DNA of 64,000 bases from an uncultured delta proteobacterium. GTDB lineage: Bacteria > Desulfobacterota > RBG-13-43-22. The notes beneath the pieces were generated by a model that was not told the DNA's origin, ran no database searches, and saw nothing but the letters and a program-made list of their open reading frames with translations. The stretch lies in the NCBI GenBank assembly GCA_963802945.1, contig CAWDKY010000034.1, forward strand, positions 32,001 to 96,000. The letters are read 5' to 3'. Shown one piece after another: positions 21,843 through 32,069 of this stretch (its first letter is position 1; each line of letters opens with the position of its first letter). A program made the translations under genes and the position numbers.

Positions 21843-23096
21843 CTAGTAATTCCTGGGATCAGCTATCTTGCCTTCCACGGCTGACGCTGCCACCGTGGCC
21901 GCAGAAGCCAGGTAAACTTTAGATTCAGGACTGCCCATCCGGCTCTTGAAATTACGGGTGATGGAGGCTATGCAAGTCTCTCCAGCTGCAAGGATCCCCA
22001 TATGAGCACCAAAGCAAGGTCCACAGCCGGGGTTACAAATGATCCCCCCTGATTCAACCAGTACGGACAGTATACCACGGCGCAATGCGGCTTTGTAGAC
22101 TTCAACAGATGCGGGGAAAACCAGCAAACGGACGTTTCCGTTCACTTTCCTATTTTTCAAGATCTTCGCCGCCGCCTTAAAGTCCTCCAACCGCCCATTG
22201 ACGCATGAACCCAACACTGCCTGGTTTATTTTGATGTCGCCTATCTCAGAAACCGGTCTAACGTTGTCCACTTCATGTGGCAAAGCCACCTGAGGTTCGA
22301 GATCTGAAACATCTACCTCGTACCTTGTCTCATAGGCAGCATCTTTATCTGAACAGGCGAGTTTATACCTCCGCTTTGTTCTTGGCGCCAGAAATCTCAC
22401 CGGCTTTTCATCAGGCTGAAAGAAACCAAACTCGGCCCCTAACTCTGCAGACATATTGCTCATCGCCATTCTGCTGGCCATGGTCAAGGCTTTCGCCGCA
22501 GGGCCGTTGAATTCCACAGCTTTATTCTGGGCTACTTCGGCAGAATACTTGCCGGCGATATATAAAATGATATCCTTCGATGTCACCCATTCCCGAAGCT
22601 TACCAGACAGGTGGAATTCTACAGTCTCTGGGACTTTAAACCAGAGTTTACCCGTAGCCAACACATAGGCCATTTACGATATGCCTATGCCTGTCCCAGC
22701 GGCCCCAAGCGCACCAAAGATGGTTGTATGGGAGTCAGTTCCCACAATCAGCTCCCCCGGAAAAACGTGTCCGTAATCGACTAGAACCTGCTGGCATATG
22801 CCGGCCTGCAGGCCGTAATAATTTCGTATTTTCAAAGTGTCCACGGCCTGTTCAGCAAACCTAACGGCTTCAGCCATTTGAATAGTAGGAGCAGGAGAGG
22901 CATGATCAATCATACAAACTATCTTGTCCGGATCCCAGACCTTCTTGATCCCCGCTTCTTTCAAAACTACATAGACTGCCGCCAACATATCATTAAGCAT
23001 GGCAACATCGATTGTGGGTACAATAAACTGTCCGGGCTCCACGAACTCTTTCCCGGCAGCGCGAGCCAGTATTTTTTGTGCCAGAGTCATGCCCAT
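21843..23096 (-). pseudogene. LeuC/HacA/DmdA-like aconitase-family hydratase large subunit with an in-frame TAA at 22674-22676
   Basis: MTLAQKIL, DH, GTDSHT, GSCVNGR, CGPCFG, RNFKSRMG. The two ORFs are in the same frame and separated by one stop where Glu (GAA) would be expected. Confidence 0.85.
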
Positions 23097-23119
23097 TGAA
23101 TTACTCCTGCAATACTGCA

Positions 23120-24193
23120 CTATTTAATTTGACTTAAAACGGCTTTGGCAAAATCGGTGGTAGAAGTATTGCCTCCCTGATCATAGGTCATATATTTCCC
23201 CTCCCTGTATACGGCTTCCACCGCACTCTCGAGGGCATTTGCTTCCGCATTCATACCAAGGTATTCTAACATAAGCCCGGCTGACAGAATGGTAGCGGTT
23301 GGATTGATCACGTTTTTTTTGGCGTATTTCGGCGCAGAGCCGTGCACGGGTTCAAAGTAAGCGACTTTGCCTCCCAAGCAGGCGCTGCCTGCCATGCCAA
23401 GCCCGCCGACCAACTCCGAAGCTTCGTCAGCCAGCACATCACCGAACATATTAGAGGTTACGAGCACATCGAATGACCGCGGGTATTTGAGCAACCTTCT
23501 CGCCGTATCGTCTACGTAGAATTGTTCATAATTTAGGCCGGCATATTTTGCGGCTTCGTCCTGCACGATCTGCTCAAACAAATGGTCCGTTTGCCAAAGC
23601 ACATTGGACTTGCTGACACAAGTTAATTTACCTGTATGCCCTTTGCGTTTTCTACTCAGAGCATATTCGCAGGCAAATTTGGCCAGTCTCTGGACTCCTT
23701 TTTCCGAAATGATCCTGACAGCGAACTTGCCTTTTCCGAAATCGGAAAATGACTTGCCAAATAAATTCCTATATTCCGGCAGCTTAGCACTTAGCAGTTC
23801 CAGGTCCCCCTCGGCAAAGCTATACAGGCCCTCGCTGTTCTCTCTAAGGATTACAAAATCAATGTCTTGCGGATTCTTCAGACAACTTTGAACACCGGCG
23901 AAATACTTGACCGGCCGAATATTCACGAAATTATCCAGTACCCACCGCAGGTAAGCCAGTATAGCCGTGCTCGTGGTCCCGGTCGCACCGAACAATATAG
24001 CCTTAGCGTTGTCACACAATGTCCTGGTCTCTTCAGGAAATGCATTCCCGTATTTTTCCTGGGCCATCTCACCGGCCATCGGTTTGAGAACTTCAAGGGC
24101 AAATCCAGCTCCCTCTAAGATATAGCAGGCAGCGTCAACTACTTCTGGCCCAACGCCATCACCACCTAAAGCTACGATGGTTTTCTTACTCAT
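23120..24193 (-). CDS. Isocitrate/isopropylmalate-family beta-decarboxylating dehydrogenase
   Basis: GDGVGPEV, NIRP, RENSEG, KSNV, NMFGDVLAD, EPVHGSAP. Confidence 0.92.
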   Translation of the reverse strand: MSKKTIVALGGDGVGPEVVDAACYILEGAGFALEVLKPMAGEMAQEKYGNAFPEETRTLCDNAKAILFGATGTTSTAILAYLRWVLDNFVNIRPVKYFAGVQSCLKNPQDIDFVILRENSEGLYSFAEGDLELLSAKLPEYRNLFGKSFSDFGKGKFAVRIISEKGVQRLAKFACEYALSRKRKGHTGKLTCVSKSNVLWQTDHLFEQIVQDEAAKYAGLNYEQFYVDDTARRLLKYPRSFDVLVTSNMFGDVLADEASELVGGLGMAGSACLGGKVAYFEPVHGSAPKYAKKNVINPTATILSAGLMLEYLGMNAEANALESAVEAVYREGKYMTYDQGGNTSTTDFAKAVLSQIK

Positions 24194-24237
24194 CTTGGCC
24201 TCTCCTTCATTGGTGCAAACTTATTCACAAAAACTTC

Positions 24238-24972
24238 CTATATCGAAAGTAAATGGGCTACAAGCTCATCCGGAGCCGCAAAAAAAGGGGCATGGCCGGT
24301 CTTCATCTGGATGATCCGGTCACATGGTGTCGCCGTATACATCCGCTCCTGCACATCCGGCAGAAGCCCTTTGTCTTTTTTGGTCGTGATGTAGATTTTC
24401 CTCACACGTCCGAAGCGCTCGGCGGTCAACTTTATCGGTGTATTTGAGGGGCCTATTGGTTCTGCATGGAGAAGCAAGCGGGCAAGGCAAATATCTTCGT
24501 CCGTGCAGTCTTTATAAAACTGTTCCCTTATGAGGCCCTCACGCATTTTCGCCGTTTGCCTGTCATCAGACAGTATCGCTCTACTGTGGACAGGAGATCT
24601 AGTCTGCGCCCGGTTCTTGATCACCGAGTCACCAGGGTATAGCAAAGTCCCACCCACATAGACCAGCGCCTCCACTTGGTCAGGGCGGTACTCAGCGGCC
24701 TGACTGATCACCACACCACCGCGGCTATGACCAACCAGAATGACAGGCTCAGGCTGCTGATCAATGATCTGGCAGATAAATTGGGCCCAGCCCTCCAATG
24801 AGGCCTCGCCGACCGGGGCTTTACTCATGCCTGTGCCAGGCAAATCCTGAGCGATAACGCTTTGCCCGGCTTTTTCTAGGCGGGTGATCACCTTGTACCA
24901 TGACCATGCTCCGTGAAAGGCACCGGGAATCAGGATATACGTCTTCTTGCGGTTCTTTTGGTTTTTCATCAC
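24238..24972 (-). CDS. Alpha/beta hydrolase, methylesterase (SABP2/MES-like), copy 1
   Basis: PGAFHGAWSW, GHSRGG nucleophile, TGHAPFF. Confidence 0.88.
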   Translation of the reverse strand: MMKNQKNRKKTYILIPGAFHGAWSWYKVITRLEKAGQSVIAQDLPGTGMSKAPVGEASLEGWAQFICQIIDQQPEPVILVGHSRGGVVISQAAEYRPDQVEALVYVGGTLLYPGDSVIKNRAQTRSPVHSRAILSDDRQTAKMREGLIREQFYKDCTDEDICLARLLLHAEPIGPSNTPIKLTAERFGRVRKIYITTKKDKGLLPDVQERMYTATPCDRIIQMKTGHAPFFAAPDELVAHLLSI

Positions 24973-24988
24973 CTTCCTCCTATCAAGA

Positions 24989-25315
24989 TCATATTTTCAC
25001 TTGTAGATTCATGAGGGGAACGTGCTGCTGAGCACCGAAAACATCAGTGTCCCCGGGGCTTGCAGAGCTAATCCATCGCTTTAAGGTGATTTTTAGTGCT
25101 ACTGCCGGTTCAAAAAATGTTATCTCATGTATGTCGTCTTCTCTTATCCTGTAGATTTCTGCAATCCTGTGCCTTGTAATAGCTCCTGAATCGCGTACGA
25201 TTTTAAATGTTGCCTCGTCTTTAAAGAATACGTCAAGGGTGATAAGAAATGGCCCCGCGTTCTTGCTTCTGATAACAGTTGCCAAATCCGACAATTTGAG
25301 TGTCTTTTTATCCAT
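24989..25315 (-). CDS. DUF4387-family small protein
   Basis: IRSKNAGPF.ITLD and GDTDVFGAQQH motifs; overlaps the AtuA-like gene. Confidence 0.8.
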   Translation of the reverse strand: MDKKTLKLSDLATVIRSKNAGPFLITLDVFFKDEATFKIVRDSGAITRHRIAEIYRIREDDIHEITFFEPAVALKITLKRWISSASPGDTDVFGAQQHVPLMNLQVKI

Positions 25316-26692
25316 TGCCCACCTCCTCGGTTTCAATAGGGAAATATTCAAGCGGGTCGTCTACTTCCATGAGATGATACATGCTGAAGCGGTGTACCGG
25401 GCCTACCGGTATATCCTGAGGAGAAAACGGAAATGCCAGGTTTCCGGCAGTGGAACGCCTTCCCGGGAAGCCGTAGTGAAGTATCAGGGCATGAGCGAAA
25501 AAGCAGATGCTTGAAGCCTGCTGCTGCGTTGCGGCAATTGACTCTATGAGAAGGCCCACCTCGTGCCCTCGAAACGTTTCTGTTTCAAGCGGACCCATTA
25601 CGCCGTTTTTACCGTAAACGTGGAAGTACAGCGACCACTCATCGGGCTTGAAATCACTGAACTGCTCCGTTGTTCTTTTCCGTGCCTGTTGAAGAATTTC
25701 ATCCAGATGTTCGATGGCGCCCGGGTCGCGTATCCCGGCTATGCTGATGGTGCGGTAACCGACCAGTTCTGCGGCTTCGAGCTTTATGCGGTAGATTCTG
25801 TCCGGCGAGAACCTGCTCCCGGTGATCATCACGCTCCTATCGGTTTCCTGTTTGAAAGAAACCCCATCCAGGTTTACAACTCCTCCAGGTTCGTGAAGAT
25901 GCCATGGATCGGACGCCTCGTAAAGACTGTGAGCGGCTACAGATTTTACTGTGCATTTTCGCGCCGGATTCATCGGTTCCACTATAAAATGATCCTTCCT
26001 CAGAGTGCCGAGCATTACGTCGCTGCCGCTTCCGGGTTCTGCAGCGATGGCGCCGCATTCAAGTATTTTCCCCATGTGAATCGACAGGCCCGCATCAAAT
26101 CCATTCAGAATAGGCGTGGCAGCGAACATACTAGGATCGCTGGCTCTGCCGGCGACTATTACCTGAGCTCCAAGTTCAAGCCGCGGACAAATGGCTCTAT
26201 CCCCATCTGCGCGACTATGCGCACGGCGCGGTCCACATCACTTACTGTAAGCTCGGGCACCGGCCCGAGGGGGGTTATCCTGCCCTCAAGGAGTTTCCTC
26301 TTGACAACTGCAGGATCAATCTCTGCCTTTATCATGCCGAGGCGAAATTTCAAGCCCTCCTGTTCGGCAATCTTTTTAACAAGCATAGATATTCCCGTCA
26401 TATGTAAGTTTCCGCCTGCGCCTCCTGCTGATCCGATGATCAGAGGTATGCCGGCCTTGACAGCTTCTCGAAGCAGGGGGCGAAGATCAGCGGTCATTGT
26501 CCGAATAAAGTCGCCCAAATTTCCGAGCTCACCACTGCCGGCCTGTATTCCGAGATAATAAGGGCCCGCGTCGGTTGACCCTGCGTCAACAGCTATCGCA
26601 TGCGGTTTCCTTCTCATTCCCTCTTCTAGTGATTCAGGGGGAAAGCCGTAGCCGAGAATTGCAGTCGGTGACAAAATACGTATTTCGTCCAT
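25308..26692 (-). CDS. AtuA-like (DUF1446) protein, frameshifted near 26183
   Basis: ILGYGF, DAGSTDAGPYYLG, IIGSAGGAG, VAQMG; then AGRASDP, HMGKILECGA, GIRDP, TAGNLAFPFSP. Confidence 0.82.
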
Positions 26693-26789
26693 TTAACAAC
26701 CTCCTAAATTGATTTATCCTTTATATAGGAATCTCATGTGACCAGAGAGTCCTTAGTGTAAGTTAATTATCAAGATGTACAACGACTTC

Positions 26790-27554
26790 CTATATTGACA
26801 ATAAATATGCCACAAGCTCATCAGGAGCCTCAAAAAAAGGGGCATGGCCGGTATTCACCTGGATAATCCGGTCACATGGTGTCGCCGTATACATCCGCTC
26901 CTGCACATCCGGCAGAAGCCGTTTGTCCTTTTTAGTTGTGATGTAGATTTTCCTCACACGTCCGAAGCGCTCGGGAGTCAATTGTATCGGCGTATTCGAG
27001 GGACCTATTGGTTCGGCATGAAGAAGCAAGCGGGCAAGACAAATATCTTCGTCCGTACAGTCTTCATAAAACTGTTCCCTTATGAGGTCCTCACGCATTT
27101 TCGCTGTTTGCCTGTCATCAGACAGTATCACTCCGCTGTAGCTACGGATAGGAGAGCCATTCTGCGCGTGGTTATTGATCAGAGAATCACCAGGGTATAA
27201 AAGATTTCCAGCCACATAAACCAGTGCATCTACTTTATCAGGGCGGTACTCAGCGGCCTGGCTTATCACAATACCGCCACGACTATGACCAACCAGAATG
27301 ACAGGCTCAGGCTGCCGATCAATGATCTGGCAGACAAATTCGGCCCAGCCTTCCAATGAGGCCTCGCTGACCGGGGCTTTGCACATGCCTGTGCCAGGCA
27401 GATCCGGAGCGATAACACATTGCCCGGCCTTTTCCAGGCGGGTGATCACCTTGTACCATGACCACGCCCCATGAAAAGCACCGGGAATCAGGATATACGT
27501 CCTCTTTCGATTCTTTTGGTTTTTCATCGCCTTCCTTCTATCATCATTTTCCAT
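26790..27554 (-). CDS. Alpha/beta hydrolase, methylesterase-like, copy 2
   Basis: Close paralog of 24238..24972 (GHSRGG, TGHAPFF). Start may be 27527. Confidence 0.88.
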   Translation of the reverse strand: MENDDRRKAMKNQKNRKRTYILIPGAFHGAWSWYKVITRLEKAGQCVIAPDLPGTGMCKAPVSEASLEGWAEFVCQIIDRQPEPVILVGHSRGGIVISQAAEYRPDKVDALVYVAGNLLYPGDSLINNHAQNGSPIRSYSGVILSDDRQTAKMREDLIREQFYEDCTDEDICLARLLLHAEPIGPSNTPIQLTPERFGRVRKIYITTKKDKRLLPDVQERMYTATPCDRIIQVNTGHAPFFEAPDELVAYLLSI

Positions 27555-27781
27555 TTATTCATTATAGGGAGAACTGTGGTCTGCGCTCTCTTTATTTTTT
27601 GAATGAAGTTTAATGGTATCATCCGGTTTTTAACAATTTTCTTCTCTATGTACAATTCCATTAAATTCTTACATTAGATCATCTGAGAATTTATCTCTAA
27701 CATTTTACATTTAAAAAACGGAAGTATTGCTCAGCCATGTCGATATTTAAGGGATATCACTTCGCTGGAAACTTACAACGG

Positions 27782-28638
27782 TCAGCCCTTGTATTTCTCA
27801 TCGAGACTAAGTTTTTCATTCAGTCCCACGACCGATGTGAATTCATCAAATTGCATCATTTTGTCTAATATCGCTAGGCTATTTCCTTTTTCCAGCAGGT
27901 GGTCAAAAGCGTCGGACATTGCTTTTGCCGCCGTATAGACCCCCGTCAATGGATAACCCACGCTGACAAAACCTATTTCCTTAAGTTCCTCAATCGGCGT
28001 GAGCGGCGTTTTTCCGCCTTCGATCATATTGGACGTTACCGTAGCCTTGATACCGGATGCTATGCGCCTCATCTCTTCCTTATTATTAGCTGCATCCACA
28101 AAAATCACGTCGGCCCCCGCTGCTTTATACAGGTTTCCACGTCTAACGGCTTCTTCAACACCGTGAGTGGCAACAGAATCCGTCCTGGCCACTATTATAA
28201 GGCTTTTTTTACCTCTGGCTTCCACTGCGGCCTTTATTTTCTGGACATGCTCTTCCGCTTCTATAACAGCCTTTCCGCGCATGTGACCGCAGCGCTTGGG
28301 CCAGGTCTGATCCTCAAGAAGCACGCCGCCCCTATTCCTATCAGTTCTTTGACCATCTGCATTAAGTTTAGCGCGCTTCCGTAACCGGTATCTCCGTCAA
28401 CAATAACCGGGATTGTAACGGCGTTGATAATTCTCCTGGCCACATCCAGGATCTCTGTCTTCGTTAAAAGACCTAGGTCCGGCTCCCCGAGAAGAGAGGC
28501 GGCTACAGCATAGCCGGATACTACAACTGCTTTAAATCCCGCCCTCTCTGCCAGCTTGGCGCTGAGTGCGTCGTATACTCCAACGGATAAAGCTATCTCT
28601 CCATTCTCAACCAATGGATGAATCCTATTCTTTGACAT
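27782..28638 (-). CDS. Isocitrate lyase/PEP mutase family C-C lyase (PrpB/Dml-like), copy 1, frameshifted near 28325
   Basis: YDALSA, SGY, DGDTGYG, EDQTWPKRCGH, ARTD, NMIEGGKTP. Confidence 0.88.
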
Positions 28639-28725
28639 ACTTAAACCTTCTTTTCTTGGATTTTGATGATTGCTATAAAAATGGATTTCGGCGGTAGCCT
28701 GTCGCGACTTGCCATTTATTCGATT

Positions 28726-30276
28726 CTATCCCAGCTTCATTTCAATAAAATGAGGACCCGTCTCCGCCAGGGCCTTTTTCAGTTCTTTCGCCAGATCGTC
28801 ACAAGAATCTACGGATACGGCGGGGACGCCCAGGCCCCGACTCAAGTTGATCCAGTCGATGGAGGGATGGCCGAGATCGATGAGCGACGAGACTTCCGGC
28901 CCCGCCAATTTGTATCCGGCCCGTGCGTACTCGATCTCCAATATGGCATAGCGATTGTTCTTGAAAAGCAGTGTGGTCACGTTTAAGCCTTCCCGCGCCT
29001 GTGTCCAAAGGGCCTGCACCGTATACATAGCGCTGCCGTCGGCCTGAAGATTGATCACCGCCCGGTCGGGGCAGGCGATGGCCGCCCCTGTAGCGCAGGG
29101 CATACCCCAGCCGATAGCGCCGCCCATATTGGTCAGATAGGTATGAGGTGTCAAACCGGCATCCATGAGGAGATACGCGCCGCTCGACGTGATACCCTCA
29201 TCGACAATAATGGCATTTTCCGGCTGGAGGGCGGCGACGGTTAGGCAGGCCAGCCCTCTGGATAATGCTCCATTAGGGACTTCTGGTTTTTGATAATCTC
29301 CGGGTGAATCGCTCTCATCGGATTTACCCCCTCCTTTACTCACCGAATCGGCCAGGGCTTCAATGGCCTCAAGGGCGTTTTGTCTCTCCCCGTCGATGCG
29401 GATCGTCTTTGCCGCTTCACTGATGAGCTTGCTTTGTCCGTCTCGATAACCGAAAACGGCCACGGGGATGACGGCACCAACCAGGATCACCACATCAAAA
29501 GGTGAGAGCATTTTGATTGCCTCTTCTGGAAAATAAGGCATTCGGCGGGGCGATGGCAGACCGGCGCCGCGTTCCATATAGCCTGGAAACATGTTAAGCA
29601 TAAGCTCGCATCCTGTGAGGGCTTGAATCCGGAGCGCCGTTTTCAGACCCCGCTCACGCAAAACACGCCCACCCAGGATTATCAAAGGTTTTTTTGCCTC
29701 TTTAAGAGACTTGGCAGCATCCTCTATCGTTTTGGGGTCTATGGGATCGTAGGAAAAATCCATTTGGGCAATCATGCCGGAAGATTCCAGCCACTGTGAA
29801 TCATTGGGAACAATGAGCGTTGCAACGCCGCCGTAAAGGGAGGCATTAATAGCCTCTGCCGTATCGGTTGCGAGCATTTCGACGGAAACGTTACGGCGCT
29901 GCCATCGGGAAACGGTTTTTGCCAGGGATAAAATATCCATCGTCAGGGGGGCGTCGGCAGCAAGATGCCAGGAGGCATGGTCTCCAATAATATTGACGAC
30001 GGGGACATTGGCGCGCCTCGCATTATGGAGATTGGCAATACCGTTTCCCAGCCCCGGTCCAAGATGTAGCAGGGTCAGGGCGGGCTTGTCTTTCATACGA
30101 CTAAAACCGTCGGCGGCACCGGTGCAGACGCCCTCGAACAAGCCCAGCACCGGTTTTATCTCTCGAATATTATCAAAAGCCGCAACGATGGGCATTTCCG
30201 TTGTGCCCGGGTTGGCAAAGCATACCTCAACTCCTGCCGCTGCCGCTGTTTTCAGCATTATTTCTGCTCCGTTCAT
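28726..30276 (-). CDS. ThDP-dependent enzyme (acetolactate synthase-like/decarboxylase family)
   Basis: ANPGTTE, LHLGPGLGNG, GGAIGWG, ADGSAMY..NNRY ThDP motif; ATG at 30276. Confidence 0.9.
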   Translation of the reverse strand: MNGAEIMLKTAAAAGVEVCFANPGTTEMPIVAAFDNIREIKPVLGLFEGVCTGAADGFSRMKDKPALTLLHLGPGLGNGIANLHNARRANVPVVNIIGDHASWHLAADAPLTMDILSLAKTVSRWQRRNVSVEMLATDTAEAINASLYGGVATLIVPNDSQWLESSGMIAQMDFSYDPIDPKTIEDAAKSLKEAKKPLIILGGRVLRERGLKTALRIQALTGCELMLNMFPGYMERGAGLPSPRRMPYFPEEAIKMLSPFDVVILVGAVIPVAVFGYRDGQSKLISEAAKTIRIDGERQNALEAIEALADSVSKGGGKSDESDSPGDYQKPEVPNGALSRGLACLTVAALQPENAIIVDEGITSSGAYLLMDAGLTPHTYLTNMGGAIGWGMPCATGAAIACPDRAVINLQADGSAMYTVQALWTQAREGLNVTTLLFKNNRYAILEIEYARAGYKLAGPEVSSLIDLGHPSIDWINLSRGLGVPAVSVDSCDDLAKELKKALAETGPHFIEMKLG

Positions 30277-30300
30277 AGCTTCCCTCTTTATTTCTTCAAC

Positions 30301-30601
30301 TATTAAGGGTCTCAAAATAATATCAACATAATAGGACCGGAGGGTCTTTTTTGGGGGTTGTCCACCCTGAAACTGGGAGCTTCTTTACCGGGCCAATGAT
30401 TTAACTAAATCAGAAGCAGGCCTTCACCTGAGCTGGAAACGGGCTGCGGTGTATATGCCCTGCCTCGAATCAAGCTTTGCTGGACGGGCCGGGATAAGGC
30501 TATAAATTACCCTTTGGACAAATCCCCCCAAAAAGACCCTCCGGTCCTATGTTAGGCAAGCCCAACCGCTTCATGTCAAGATTATTATGAGACCCTTAAT
30601 A
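30301..30601. mobile_element. Nested non-coding element: 220-bp palindromic-ended repeat (30331-30550) inside an outer inverted repeat
   Basis: Outer TATTAAGGGTCTCAAAATAAT / ATTATTATGAGACCCTTAATA; inner ATAGGACCGGAGGGTCTTTTTTGGGGG..TGTCCA / TGGACA..CCCCCCAAAAAGACCCTCCGGTCCTAT; homologous to 58221-58436. Confidence 0.8.
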
Positions 30602-30773
30602 ATTCTGGTCAAGGACAGTGAATCCTCCAGCTTCTGCCTTTATCACATCCATGTCACCTTTGATCACATGGGCGTTCTTGAAGAGACTGTCAGTATATGA
30701 AACGAATTCCCGCATACCAACACCGTGATCATCGTACAGATTCTAACGCAAATGTCTTGGTTTGACTGACCAT

Positions 30774-30802
30774 TTGACAAAAATAATAAATCCAGTTATT
30801 AT
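30774..30802 (+). promoter_or_regulatory. Putative sigma70 promoter for the IclR gene
   Basis: TTGACA-17-TATTAT; an oppositely oriented TTGACA lies at about 30851-30856. Confidence 0.5.
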
Positions 30803-30942
30803 GTTCTACATATTAAAACGATGTTCTTTATTACACTACGTTGTATGGTTTGTCAAGCGGTTTAATAATCAAATTTCTTTTATTTTTGCATAAAAACTGT
30901 TATTAATATAAGTAAATAAAATAGATAAGCTAAAGGTTCAAA

Positions 30943-30972
30943 TGAACCTCCCCGCAGCAAGTTACGGGGAAT
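30943..30972. repeat. Short REP-like hairpin
   Basis: GAACCTCCCCGCAGCAAGTTACGGGGAATT, with a CCCCG/CGGGG stem. Confidence 0.4.
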
Positions 30973-30986
30973 TGCAAATTAAAAAA

Positions 30987-31763
30987 ATGACTAAGAAAGT
31001 TAAATCAGAGAGAATTAATAATTCCGTCGCCAAGGCTTCCGACATCTTACTGTCTTTTACCAATGTTGACGAACTGGGCGTTACCGAATTAAGCCAGAAT
31101 CTTCATTTGACCAAAAGTACGGTTTACATTTTGCTTCGTACTCTCAAGACTAAAGGCCTGATAGAACAAAATCCTGACAATGGCAAATATTGTCTCGGGG
31201 TGAAGGCTTTTCAATTAGGACTACGCTGGATTCGAATCAGAGAAATTCGGATTGCCGCAAAAAACATTATGCAGCAACTTTGCGACGACCTGCGGACAGC
31301 CATCCATCTTTCAATCCTAAGCGGTGACCAAGCATTAATTATTGAAAAGATAGAGCCGTACGCTTCATTCCTGAGTGTGCCCAATGTGGGTTGGACAATA
31401 CCTCTCCATTCTTCCGCTTCCGGTAAACTCCTTCTGGCATATGCCCCAAAGGAAGTAAGCGACCGCATCTTTCGCGGGAAAAAGTTGATTAAATATAGTG
31501 ATAAAACGTTGACAGATCCTGCTACACTCAGAAAGGTACTCGATAGAATACGCAAACAAGGTTATGCCTTTGACGAAGAAGAAACCTGCGTCGGACTGAA
31601 TTGCGTTGCCGTTCCTATTTATGATTACGCAGGCAATGTTTTCGCCTCATTGAGTATCTGCGGCCCGAAAGAAAATATCTCCCCGATATTGAATAAGAGA
31701 CTAATTTCTCGAATAAAGGCACAGGCGAATGAGATTTCGGGAAAACTGGGTTATCGACCTTAG
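30987..31763 (+). CDS. IclR-family transcriptional regulator
   Basis: HTH (LGVTELS..LTKSTVY), LHSSASGK, GYAFDEEE..GLNCVAVP. Confidence 0.95.
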   Translation: MTKKVKSERINNSVAKASDILLSFTNVDELGVTELSQNLHLTKSTVYILLRTLKTKGLIEQNPDNGKYCLGVKAFQLGLRWIRIREIRIAAKNIMQQLCDDLRTAIHLSILSGDQALIIEKIEPYASFLSVPNVGWTIPLHSSASGKLLLAYAPKEVSDRIFRGKKLIKYSDKTLTDPATLRKVLDRIRKQGYAFDEEETCVGLNCVAVPIYDYAGNVFASLSICGPKENISPILNKRLISRIKAQANEISGKLGYRP

Positions 31764-32069
31764 CATTATGAATTTCCTCTATAAATATGTCTGAAGTAAA
31801 AAGCCTGTAATGTCAGTTAGAAAAAATATTTTATATAGAACATTATTTCCGCTCTCTGCCTCGAACTTGATCGAAAGATCATTTTTTATCGAAACGCTTA
31901 CCATTTGATTTGTCGTTTTTCAAGGAGACTATCTCTATTTTCAAGACTCGGTTCACTGAATTAACGGGTGTGAAATATCGGATTGTACAAGGCAGAATGA
32001 TGTGAATATCGAGAGATGAATTTTTGGCGGCGGTGTCCGATAGCCGAAAAAGATCAATAGGCTGATTAA

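Noticed and set aside
22674-22676. Stop-codon recoding (Sec/Pyl) in the LeuC-like gene
   Set aside because: The codon is TAA, not TGA or TAG, at a position where Glu is expected.
30602-30715. Short minus-strand reading frame (MREFVSYTDSLFKNAHVIKGDMD...) ending at the outer inverted repeat
   Set aside because: Under 40 codons with no recognisable motif; could be a truncated gene but cannot be supported.
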